In this document: piece after piece, positions 30,136 through 38,200 of the stretch
Layout: each line of letters begins with the position of its first letter
Numbering within the stretch: the stretch's first letter is position 1
Source: Thermoleophilia bacterium
GTDB taxonomy: Bacteria; Actinomycetota; Thermoleophilia; Gaiellales; Gaiellaceae
Assembly: GCA_025934335.1 (NCBI GenBank)
Contig: JAICYG010000001.1
Coordinates: forward strand, 1 to 49,380
Direction: 5' to 3'
Length of the DNA: 49,380 bases
Position numbers and translations under genes: made by a program
Notes under the pieces: model-generated
What the model saw: only the letters and a program-made list of their open reading frames with translations
Database searches by the model: none
Told to the model about the DNA's origin: nothing

Positions 30136-30942
30136 TCAGTCCGCGCGCGACGGTAGCGGTACAAGTTCCAGCCCCCGTCGCCGGAATATCGCAGCGCAGT
30201 CGAGACCGTGGCGCCTCAGGAACGGCACCGCGCGGAGAGCCGCTCCGGCGGTCGCCGGGACGTGCGCATCTGACCCGAGGCTCGCCCATGCCCCCTCACG
30301 GGCGATGCTCGCAATGAGCGCGGCGACGAGATCAGGGCGAACACTCATGTCGTTCCCGTTCACCTCGACGGCGACCCCGTGCCTCACCGCCGCGCGGGTG
30401 ATCTCGTCGAGCATCTTCGACAGGTTGGGCGGCTGGCCGGGAACGGAGAAGCCGAGCCGTACAGGGTGCGCAAGCACGTCATAGCGGCCGCTCGCGGCCG
30501 CGGCGACCTGGAGCTCTGCGTAGTCGCGCCATACGCCCGTCGGTTCATCCACGATGCGTGTCTCCTCGATCCCGGAATCATCGGACAGCACGTGAACTGA
30601 TCCGACGATCACGTCCCATGCCGGTGCGGACGGATCGACAACCTGTTCAAGGGCTCGCTCGTAGTCATCGTGGAGCGGACGCGCGTCAAGCTCGAGCCCC
30701 ACTCTCACCTCGATCGGGGCGACGCCTCGGGCATCGCTGATTGCGTCCAGATACGCCTGCCTTGCCAGGGGCTGGCCCTCGAGCGTCCACCGGCTCACCA
30801 GGTACGCGATCGTGTCGCGGACTTCGGACAGATGCTGCGCGTGCTCCGTGAAGGCGATGGTGTCGACGCCGTTCGCGGCGGCGGCGGCCGCCATCGTGCG
30901 CGCGTCCGACATGAGAAAGTGGTTGTGGTTGTCCGCGATCAG
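30136..30942 (-). CDS. PHP-domain phosphoesterase (HisJ/histidinol-phosphatase-like); non-canonical start inferred
   Basis: The first ATG is at 30912, but the in-frame upstream codons read LIADNHNHFL, which is the PHP D-x-H-x-H motif, followed by SD...GVDTIAFTEHA. Only CTG (30942), ATC or ACG are available before the upstream stop at 30964-66. Confidence 0.6.
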   Translation of the reverse strand: MIADNHNHFLMSDARTMAAAAAANGVDTIAFTEHAQHLSEVRDTIAYLVSRWTLEGQPLARQAYLDAISDARGVAPIEVRVGLELDARPLHDDYERALEQVVDPSAPAWDVIVGSVHVLSDDSGIEETRIVDEPTGVWRDYAELQVAAAASGRYDVLAHPVRLGFSVPGQPPNLSKMLDEITRAAVRHGVAVEVNGNDMSVRPDLVAALIASIAREGAWASLGSDAHVPATAGAALRAVPFLRRHGLDCAAIFRRRGLELVPLPSRAD

Positions 30943-32210
30943 CGTCTGATCCTCTGGGCCTCGTCATTCCGCCGGGCATGTGCTCCGTCGTTCAGCAGCA
31001 CCGCCCGCAGCGGCCTTGCTGGGTCAGCGAGATCGACCGATGACGGACATGAACCGCGCCCGATGGCGAGGACGGCAAGACGGATGTCCTTGGCAACGGA
31101 ATCGCCCTCTCCGATGGCACTCGCCGAGACGAGCCTGCCGTCGCTCGCGAGATCGAACCGGATCTCAACCCCGTCCTCTCGCACACGCAGGACTTCTCGC
31201 GCTCCCAGACTCGGAACCCCTGCGATCTGCAGCGTCAAGTCGTACTGATCCGACCAGAACCACGGAACAGCCGTGTAAGGCCGTGAGGCACCGAGAAGCG
31301 CAAGCGCGGCGGCATCGCCTTGGTCGACGGCGTTGCGCCACGACTCGAGACGCAGGCGGGCGCAATCGGCGAACGGCAAAGGAAACGAACAGCAGTCTCC
31401 TGCGGCGAAAATGGCCCCGTCGGACGTCGCGAATCGGCTGTCGACGACGATCCCCGCTTCTGTTCGAAGTCCCGCAGCGCCGGCGAGGTCCGTATTCGGT
31501 CGTGCGCCGACCGCGGCGATGACCACGTCGGCGACAAATGCGTCCGAGTCGTGTACCTCCACAGCGAAACGCCGCCCCGCGCGCCGTACGGCTGCGACCC
31601 TGGCACCACACCGGATATCCACCCGCTCGCGGCGGTGCCGTGCCGCGACGACCGAAGCTATCGACGCGGGCACCAATCGCTCGAGCACATGGAACGCCTG
31701 CTCGAGGACCGTGACGGAGCAACCGCGCAGGGCAGCGCACGCCGCGATCTCGAGGCCAAGGAATCCACCTCCGATGACCACAGCTGTCATTCCCGGCTGC
31801 AGCTGGTCCCTCAATCTGAGTACGTCTTGCCAGGTGCGAAGTCGAAGCGCATGTTCGCCGCCGGGGACGGAGAGGGACGAGGCTCTCGCGCCGGTTGCAA
31901 TCAACAGGCGGTCGTACGACATCTCTCGACGCCCTTCGAAGAGAACACGGCCGGCCCGACGGTCGATCGCCTCGATGCGGCCGTAGACGAACTCGATGCT
32001 CGCAGAGCGCAGCGACCCGAGGACGCCGCCGCCGGGCGGCCCGGCCGTGGCATCCCCAAGGGCCGCCTTTGAAAGTGGAGGGCGTTCGTACGGTGCGAAG
32101 GGATCTGAGTCCACAACGCTGATCGGCCCGTCGAAACCACAGGCGCGCAAGGCGAGAGCGGCTCGCGTTCCGCACTCTCCCCCGCCGATGACGACTATGC
32201 GACGCCCCAT
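30939..32210 (-). CDS. FAD/NAD(P)H-dependent ferredoxin reductase (pyridine nucleotide-disulfide oxidoreductase family)
   Basis: VVIGGGECGTRAA (FAD GxGxxG), YERPPLSK, VVIGGGFLGLEIAA (NAD site), and AAGDC. 423 aa from ATG 32210. Confidence 0.85.
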   Translation of the reverse strand: MGRRIVVIGGGECGTRAALALRACGFDGPISVVDSDPFAPYERPPLSKAALGDATAGPPGGGVLGSLRSASIEFVYGRIEAIDRRAGRVLFEGRREMSYDRLLIATGARASSLSVPGGEHALRLRTWQDVLRLRDQLQPGMTAVVIGGGFLGLEIAACAALRGCSVTVLEQAFHVLERLVPASIASVVAARHRRERVDIRCGARVAAVRRAGRRFAVEVHDSDAFVADVVIAAVGARPNTDLAGAAGLRTEAGIVVDSRFATSDGAIFAAGDCCSFPLPFADCARLRLESWRNAVDQGDAAALALLGASRPYTAVPWFWSDQYDLTLQIAGVPSLGAREVLRVREDGVEIRFDLASDGRLVSASAIGEGDSVAKDIRLAVLAIGRGSCPSSVDLADPARPLRAVLLNDGAHARRNDEAQRIRR

Positions 32211-32221
32211 TTCGGGTGGCG

Positions 32222-32542
32222 TCAGTCGATGAACACGTAGACGGTGCCGTCGTCGACACGTGTGCGATACGTGCGGAGATCGATGATGGCGGGCGCGCCC
32301 TTCGCTTCTCCGGTTCGATAGTCGAAGCGTCCGTTGTGTCTTGGGCACTCGATGATCGAGCCCATCACAAGCCCGTCGCACAAGCGTGCCCTCTCATGGG
32401 TGCAGTGTCCTTCGGTTGCATAGAAGCTCCCGTCGGGCGCGCGGTAGAGCGCGTAGTCGCCGCCGGCATGATCGAAGGGAACGACATCTTCGAACTCCAC
32501 GTCGTCAACAGCGCAAACTGCGATCCAGGTCGAGGCGCTCAC
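32222..32542 (-). CDS. Rieske [2Fe-2S] ferredoxin
   Basis: 106 aa with the C-x-H ... C-x2-H pattern (GHCTHE ... IECPRHNG). GTGA overlap with the upstream gene. Confidence 0.85.
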   Translation of the reverse strand: MSASTWIAVCAVDDVEFEDVVPFDHAGGDYALYRAPDGSFYATEGHCTHERARLCDGLVMGSIIECPRHNGRFDYRTGEAKGAPAIIDLRTYRTRVDDGTVYVFID

Positions 32543-33621
32543 CCGGAAAGCGCCGACGGAATCGACGGGGGGGTTCGGTACGGATGCGCCCCAAGAGGGA
32601 GTTCACGGTGGATGTAGTACGTCTGGTCGCGCAGCTGGCGGATCACCGCGGGGACGATCTCGCGATATGCGGCAAAGAGAGACGGAGAAGCTGGAACGAG
32701 GTCGTGCTTCACCGCCGCGTGCAAAGCCGGCAGCTTGTGGTATGGCACCAGCGGGAACATGTGGTGCTCGACGTGGTAGTTCATGTTGAGGTAGAGGAAC
32801 CGGAAGATCGGGTTCATCAAGACGGTGCGCGTGTTCAGTCGGTGGTCAAGGAAGTCTTCGCCCAAACCCGAGTGCTGAGTCAGGACAAAGAGTTGGCCGA
32901 GAAACGCACCGTAGAAGCGAGGCCCGAGAACAAGTAGGAACGGGAGAGGCGATGCGAACGCGATACACGCAGCGATCATTGCGGCGTAGATCGCGAGCCA
33001 CACGCGCGCCGTCCGGAAGACCTTCCTCAGTTCGGTCGCCGGCAGGAACGACGCTTCCTCGGACGTGATACGGCCCGTGGCGTGGTAGAGGACGCGGGCG
33101 AGCATCATCGGGACGTAGACCAGCCCGAAGAAGTTCGCGATGATGCGCACCAGCCGCGCCGGCCTCATTACATCGATCTCAGGGTCGCGACCGACGACCA
33201 GCGTGTCGGTGTGGTGGCGCGCGTGACTCCACCGCCAGACCGTCGGCTCGAGCATGTTCATGAAGGAGCCGAGTTGATACCCGAAGGCGTTCAACCAGCG
33301 CGTGCGGAACGCGGTGCCATGTCCGTACTCATGCCAGCGTGCATCCGCACCCGATCCGTACAGAAGACCGTAAACGGCGAAGCAAGGAATCGCCCGCCAT
33401 GTCCCGTAAGACAACACGCCGAGCGCGCCGGAACCGGTGAGCCCACCCAGCCACAGGACAAGGTCGATCAACGCTCGACGATCGGAACGCCCCATGAGCT
33501 CCCGAAGGCGTGGACGGGGAATCGCACTACGAAACCAATCCGCGCCGGCAAGACCACCCTCGACGGCCCTCTCGCCTCGTTTGCCGTCGAGGCGGTACTC
33601 GTCGAGATGCTCTCTACCCAT
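32539..33621 (-). CDS. membrane fatty-acid-desaturase-superfamily di-iron enzyme (three His boxes)
   Basis: HEYGH, HARHH and YHVEHHMFPLVPYHKLP His boxes with flanking TM segments. ATG 33621 overlaps the upstream stop by 8 nt; an alternative ATG is at 33639. Confidence 0.8.
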   Translation of the reverse strand: MGREHLDEYRLDGKRGERAVEGGLAGADWFRSAIPRPRLRELMGRSDRRALIDLVLWLGGLTGSGALGVLSYGTWRAIPCFAVYGLLYGSGADARWHEYGHGTAFRTRWLNAFGYQLGSFMNMLEPTVWRWSHARHHTDTLVVGRDPEIDVMRPARLVRIIANFFGLVYVPMMLARVLYHATGRITSEEASFLPATELRKVFRTARVWLAIYAAMIAACIAFASPLPFLLVLGPRFYGAFLGQLFVLTQHSGLGEDFLDHRLNTRTVLMNPIFRFLYLNMNYHVEHHMFPLVPYHKLPALHAAVKHDLVPASPSLFAAYREIVPAVIRQLRDQTYYIHRELPLGAHPYRTPPSIPSALSG

Positions 33622-34729
33622 CAGGCCCCCCGGCGGCAAGGGCTCCTACGGTGGGCTCCGATGCCGCACGCTCCGCGAGCTCCTTCAAGAGGCGGATGTC
33701 CTCCAGGCCCTCCCTCGCATTCGTCCGCGGCGGTTCACCCGTGACGACACAGCTGTGGAACTCCTCGAGCTCTCGTCGAAACGCCTCGTCGTACGACACC
33801 GTAAAGGTCTGTTCCCAGGAGACGGTCCCGTCGCCGGCCTGCAGAACGAGACCAGTTGGAGCATTTCGAAGGAACGGTGACGGAAACCGCAACGCGAGTC
33901 GGGAGGAGGCCGTGATGACCTCGAAGTGCTGCTCGTAGCGGACAAGATCGGCGGTCGCCGTCCATGTGCTGACGGCGTCGGCATCTGTCGGGAGCCCGAA
34001 AACCCCCACGACGCCGAGACCGTCGGCGCGGATCGCAGCGTGTTTGACGCTCGGGCGGCCGCACAAGCCGGCGAGCAGATTGACATCGTGAATCATGGAG
34101 TCGATGAGTGCCGTCCGATAGAACCGTCGGATTGCCTCGTCGGCGGACGGCAGAGCCTCGGCGACGAGCTTGTCGTCGTCGGCACGCAACTCCGCCAGGA
34201 CTGCGGGGTCGACGTCGGTGGCCGGGAGCACATGATGGTGGGCGAGATACGGATCCTGCGGACTCTCGAACGTCGCCGTGCGCGCGAGGAGCGGTTCTCC
34301 GAGACCTTGAAGCTCCGCGAGCGCGCGCTCGTACGCCGGGTCGTATCGCTTGTGGTAGCCCACCATCAATGTCACACCGGCACGTTCAGCGGCTGCGATC
34401 ATCTCCTCGCCTTCGCGTGGCGTAACGCACATTGGCTTCTCGACAAACACACCAATGCCAGCCTCGGCCGCAGCACACGCCACCGGAGCATGCGATCCAG
34501 ACGACAGGACGAGAAGCGCATCGAGCGGCTCGGCGAACATGTCGTCGGGATGAGTGTGGACTCGTGGGACCTCGTAGGCCTCACCGAGGCGCCGGACGAG
34601 TTCCTCTGACAAGTCACAGAGCGCCACGATTTCGAACCGGTCGTTCATCTGGCGTAGATGCGGAAGATGCATGACCTGCGCGATCACACCGCAACCGAGG
34701 ACGCCGACGCGCAGCCGCCTACCTTTCAT
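33614..34729 (-). CDS. Gfo/Idh/MocA-family oxidoreductase
   Basis: LRVGVLGCGVIAQVMHLPHL and VFVEKPM motifs. 371 aa from ATG 34729, which overlaps the upstream gene by 11 nt. Confidence 0.85.
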   Translation of the reverse strand: MKGRRLRVGVLGCGVIAQVMHLPHLRQMNDRFEIVALCDLSEELVRRLGEAYEVPRVHTHPDDMFAEPLDALLVLSSGSHAPVACAAAEAGIGVFVEKPMCVTPREGEEMIAAAERAGVTLMVGYHKRYDPAYERALAELQGLGEPLLARTATFESPQDPYLAHHHVLPATDVDPAVLAELRADDDKLVAEALPSADEAIRRFYRTALIDSMIHDVNLLAGLCGRPSVKHAAIRADGLGVVGVFGLPTDADAVSTWTATADLVRYEQHFEVITASSRLALRFPSPFLRNAPTGLVLQAGDGTVSWEQTFTVSYDEAFRRELEEFHSCVVTGEPPRTNAREGLEDIRLLKELAERAASEPTVGALAAGGPDG

Positions 34730-35717
34730 GTCGTGCCTTCTGACCGTGCGACGTCGCAGTTCGCAGAAGCGCGACAGCACGCTCGATGGAACCGAACGGG
34801 TCTGCGGCCGCGTCTTCCCACTCGATCGAAAGAGGTCCGTCGTACCCGACTTCCGCGAGCGCAACGGAGAATGCCGCCCACCACGCGACGTCGTGTCCGT
34901 CGCCGGCAGTGGCGTACCGGTACGACCGGTCGGCCGGCGTCGAGACCCCCTCCTGATCTCCCTCGAGCAAGCCGTTGGTCGCCGTCGCCTCCTCGTCGAG
35001 CACAACGTCTTTGGCATGGGCGTAGCGCACGAGCGGCCCGAGTGCGCGGATCGCACGCAACGGGTCCATCTGCTGCCAGAAAAGGTGCGACGGGTCGAGA
35101 TTGACGCCTAGCTGGCCGGCGGCGTCTCCAAAGGCGTTGCGTAGGCGGAGAAACCCACGCGGCGTGAACACGGTTTGACCGGGATCGAGCTCAAGGCAAA
35201 TCGCGACGCCTGGTGCACGTTCCGACGCAAACTCGAGCAGCCCTTCCCAGTAGGGAACCAATCGTTCACGCCACTGCCATGCGACGCGACCGTGATCCTG
35301 CGGGAGCCACTCCACGGGAAGGAACGCTGGTCGGACTCGATCGTCAGGACCTGCGACCGCGCACCCGGACATGCAGACGACTCGCTCGACACCGAGGGCG
35401 TCAGCGGCGACGAGCGTCCGCCTAAGGGTTCGATCGTCGGCACTGCCACCGTCGATGACATCCGGGAAGAGCTGGTTCCCCGAGCAGTTGAGCGCCGCCA
35501 GCTCCACTCCAGCGTTCCGCGCGTCCCGCAAGAGGGATTCGACGCCGCGATCGTTTCCGAGCTCGTCGAGGTCGAGGTGAGGAGCTGACGAGAAGCCACC
35601 CGTACCGAGCTCGACCTGGCCGATTCCATGCTCGGCGGCCCACGCGAACGCCGCGGGACGTGGAAGCTGACGAAGCCCGTCGGTGAAGAGCCCTATCGGC
35701 TGCGGCACCATGCCCAT
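34719..35717 (-). CDS. xylose-isomerase-like TIM-barrel protein (sugar phosphate isomerase/epimerase, IolE/LgdB-type)
   Basis: GIGQVELG, ICLELDP, NLDPSHLFWQQMDP, YAHAKD and GYDGPLSIEWED follow the typical AP-endonuclease-2/XI TIM pattern. TGATG junction with the LmbE gene. Confidence 0.8.
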   Translation of the reverse strand: MGMVPQPIGLFTDGLRQLPRPAAFAWAAEHGIGQVELGTGGFSSAPHLDLDELGNDRGVESLLRDARNAGVELAALNCSGNQLFPDVIDGGSADDRTLRRTLVAADALGVERVVCMSGCAVAGPDDRVRPAFLPVEWLPQDHGRVAWQWRERLVPYWEGLLEFASERAPGVAICLELDPGQTVFTPRGFLRLRNAFGDAAGQLGVNLDPSHLFWQQMDPLRAIRALGPLVRYAHAKDVVLDEEATATNGLLEGDQEGVSTPADRSYRYATAGDGHDVAWWAAFSVALAEVGYDGPLSIEWEDAAADPFGSIERAVALLRTATSHGQKARHER

Positions 35718-36409
35718 CAGTAGGCACCCGGGCCTTCGAGCAACAACACCAGGCGGCGGATGCCTGCGTCCGGCGCAGGCCATGTTCCGCAGCCGCGGAA
35801 GGCCTCTGCATACCCGCAGCCACGCTGACCACCGCGCAGACGCGCGAGCGTGTCCGTCAATTCGACAAGGCTCTGCCCGTGGAGCAGCGTGAGCTGCGAC
35901 TCGTGCGCTCGTACCATTGCTCGCCTGATCTCGATCGCGTCATCGATGTCGAGCCATACGTGCGGCTCGAAGTCGAGCCCTTGCTCGCTGTCCATGAAGA
36001 CGAGGTCAATCGTCCGTTCCAGCGGTTGCTGGTCGGCTCCTCCCGCCGCGGCAGCCGCGATCCGCACATCCAGCGCCAGCGCCGCGGCCGCACGATGATC
36101 GACGTGATAGTCGTTCGGTGAGTGTGTGATCAGCAGGTTCACACGTAACGTTCGGAGGAGCGCGATGAGGGTCCCGCGTGGATCGTGCTCCCCCAGGTCG
36201 TGAACTCCGCTTAGTCCACCTAGTTGTGCCGCCCGTCTCGCTTCAGCCAGTCGAATCGCGCGCGTCTGATCGCCCGACTCACCGGAAATCCCCGTTTCAC
36301 CGCTAGTCAACAGGCCCACGTGGACCGGCAGCCCGCGACGGGCAAGCCGAGCGAGCGTCCCTCCGCAGGCACCCTCGACGTCGTCAGGATGCGCGCCGAG
36401 CGCCAGCAC
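35717..36409 (-). CDS. LmbE/PIG-L-family zinc N-deacetylase
   Basis: LALGAHPDDVEG and YHVDH (HxDH) motifs. GTG 36409 sits 6 nt after GAGGAG. The longer ATG 36511 start would bury a 13-bp hairpin and overlap the SBP gene. Confidence 0.8.
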   Translation of the reverse strand: MLALGAHPDDVEGACGGTLARLARRGLPVHVGLLTSGETGISGESGDQTRAIRLAEARRAAQLGGLSGVHDLGEHDPRGTLIALLRTLRVNLLITHSPNDYHVDHRAAAALALDVRIAAAAAGGADQQPLERTIDLVFMDSEQGLDFEPHVWLDIDDAIEIRRAMVRAHESQLTLLHGQSLVELTDTLARLRGGQRGCGYAEAFRGCGTWPAPDAGIRRLVLLLEGPGAY

Positions 36410-36456
36410 TACCGTCTCCTCAACTGACCATGCAGTCAGTTTCCTCTCCTTTCTGT

Positions 36457-36486
36457 CTGCGGGGCCGCCAAAGGGCGGCCCCGCAG
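36457..36486 (-). terminator. GC stem-loop immediately downstream of the SBP gene (terminator or mRNA-stabilising hairpin)
   Basis: ctgcggggccgcc-aaag-ggcggccccgcag forms a 13-bp perfect stem with a 4-nt loop, 9 nt after the SBP stop on the minus strand. No U tract. Confidence 0.55.
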
Positions 36487-36494
36487 GTCGGCTC

Positions 36495-38135
36495 TCACGA
36501 CTTCGGGGCAAGCAAGCTGAGGTTCACACGGTTGTAGATCGGGTGGAACACGAACCCGGTGACCTTGTTCGAGATGACGAAGACGTCGTTCGTGTTGAAG
36601 AGCGGCACCCACGGAGCCCAGCGCCGCATGATCGTTTCGTCCAGCTTCTGGTAAGCGGCGAACCGCGCAGGCCCGGTCAGCGAGAACGCACGCTGGAACA
36701 TCGGAATCGCAGACTTGTCGTCGAAACGTGCCTTGTGGCCGGGTTGATCCGCGAGTCGTGGATCGAGCAACGGCGTAAAGAAGTCCTCGGGATCGGGGTA
36801 GTCCTGAGTCCAACCCTGAACCATTCCCATCGGGACGCGATTCGACCGCTTGTCCTGCACCGGATCAAGCGTTGAAGACGGCCCGATGTGGAGGGTGATC
36901 CTGATGCCGATCTTGGCGAGTTCCTGCTGGACGACCTCGCCCACCTTCACGTCACCGTCGTAGCAGTCGACCCGGAGACTCACCGGCGTGGCGACGCCCG
37001 ACTGGCTCATCAGTTGCCGAGCTTTGGCGAGGTTGCCACCGAGCGGGTATGCGTGATAGTCCCGCCAGCCCGCCATCGTCGGAGGCAAGATCTGGTCAGT
37101 CGGACGGGCGACCCCGAACCCGCCGACGATCTTGGCGATCTGGTTCCGGTCGATCGCGTAGTTGACCGCCTGACGCACCTTGACGTTGTCGAACGGGGGA
37201 ACGTCGTTGTTCATCCAGATGTAATGGATCCCGGCCTCGGCATACGAGAACACCCGGCCCTTGAGCGACGGGTCGCGGAGCGCCTGATTCGCAGGCCCCG
37301 CGAGGAGTGGCTCGATGTAGGTGTCGATCTCGCCTGCCTTGACCTTGAGCAGCGCCTGCTGCGGGTCAACGCCGATCGGCATCTTGATCTCATCGGCCTT
37401 GCCGCGCGACCCGAGGAGCTTCGCGTTGTAGCTCGGGTTGCGCACGAGATCGAGCTCACGAGCGGGTGTGTAGCTCTTGATCATGTAAGGCCCGGTCGAA
37501 GGCAACGACCCGTCCTCGATCGGTTTCACCGCTGTTCCGACCGGAACCGGGCAGAGCCATTTCATCGATACGCGCTGAGGCAGCGAGCCGCTCCGACCGG
37601 TCAGCTTGAACGTGAGGCTCGTCGACGTTGCGACGATCCCTGATACGTGCTTCGTCTTTCCCTTCTCGAATGCGTTCACGCCAACGATGTCGGTGAAGAA
37701 GTACGGCGCGGGGCCGGCCAGCTTCGGATCGAGAGCGCGCTCGAACGTGTACTTCATGTCGGCGGTCGTGATCGGCTTCCCGTTCGAGAAAGTCGCCCCC
37801 GAGCGCCAGCGGAACGTCCAGGACTTTCCGCCATTCGACGCCGTCGGAAGCGCTGCTAAACCGGGCACGAGCTTCGTGCCGGCTTGGCCCGAGGCGTCGG
37901 GGTAGCGGAGAAGCGTGGTGCACGTCGCGTCTGCGATCGTCCACGTCGTCGCGTAGTACCAGAGGGCCGGATCCATGTGGTCGATGCTGGAGGTGCCCAG
38001 TGCGACCGTCACCGTTCCGCCGGCTGCCCGGCTGTCATGCGCGGGCCTGGCAACGGCGGTGCTGGCCCACGCGATGACAGCGACCATGGTCAGAAGCGCC
38101 GCAAGCGCCCCTGACCGGATCGTGCGACGTGACAT
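36495..38135 (-). CDS. ABC transporter substrate-binding protein, family 5 (Opp/Dpp/oligosaccharide type)
   Basis: ATG 38135 follows AAGGAG. Signal peptide MSRRTIRSGALAALLTMVAVIAWASTAVA. The length (546 aa) and sequence are typical of the SBP_bac_5 family. Confidence 0.8.
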   Translation of the reverse strand: MSRRTIRSGALAALLTMVAVIAWASTAVARPAHDSRAAGGTVTVALGTSSIDHMDPALWYYATTWTIADATCTTLLRYPDASGQAGTKLVPGLAALPTASNGGKSWTFRWRSGATFSNGKPITTADMKYTFERALDPKLAGPAPYFFTDIVGVNAFEKGKTKHVSGIVATSTSLTFKLTGRSGSLPQRVSMKWLCPVPVGTAVKPIEDGSLPSTGPYMIKSYTPARELDLVRNPSYNAKLLGSRGKADEIKMPIGVDPQQALLKVKAGEIDTYIEPLLAGPANQALRDPSLKGRVFSYAEAGIHYIWMNNDVPPFDNVKVRQAVNYAIDRNQIAKIVGGFGVARPTDQILPPTMAGWRDYHAYPLGGNLAKARQLMSQSGVATPVSLRVDCYDGDVKVGEVVQQELAKIGIRITLHIGPSSTLDPVQDKRSNRVPMGMVQGWTQDYPDPEDFFTPLLDPRLADQPGHKARFDDKSAIPMFQRAFSLTGPARFAAYQKLDETIMRRWAPWVPLFNTNDVFVISNKVTGFVFHPIYNRVNLSLLAPKS

Positions 38136-38157
38136 TCTGCCGTCTCCTTTCTGTCGC

Positions 38158-38180
38158 GCGGCCGGGCTGTTCCCGGCCGC
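38158..38180 (-). other. intercistronic stem-loop upstream of the SBP gene
   Basis: gcggccggg-ctgtt-cccggccgc forms a 9-bp perfect stem in the 65-nt gap between the permease stop (38201) and the SBP start (38135). Confidence 0.45.
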
Positions 38181-38200
38181 ATTTCTCCGCTCGCGAGCGC

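Noticed and set aside
32567-32573. G7 homopolymer (C7 on the coding strand) near the 3' end of the His-box enzyme gene, considered as a phase-variation tract
   Set aside because: It encodes Pro-Pro in the last roughly 12 codons, past all the His boxes. It is short for slippage control, and nothing else suggests phase variation.
35717-36511. ATG 36511 as the start of the LmbE deacetylase gene (the ORF-track start)
   Set aside because: It would overlap the SBP gene by 17 nt and place a 13-bp perfect hairpin inside the coding region. GTG 36409 has a GAGGAG SD at 6 nt and gives the usual short N-terminus before AHPDD.
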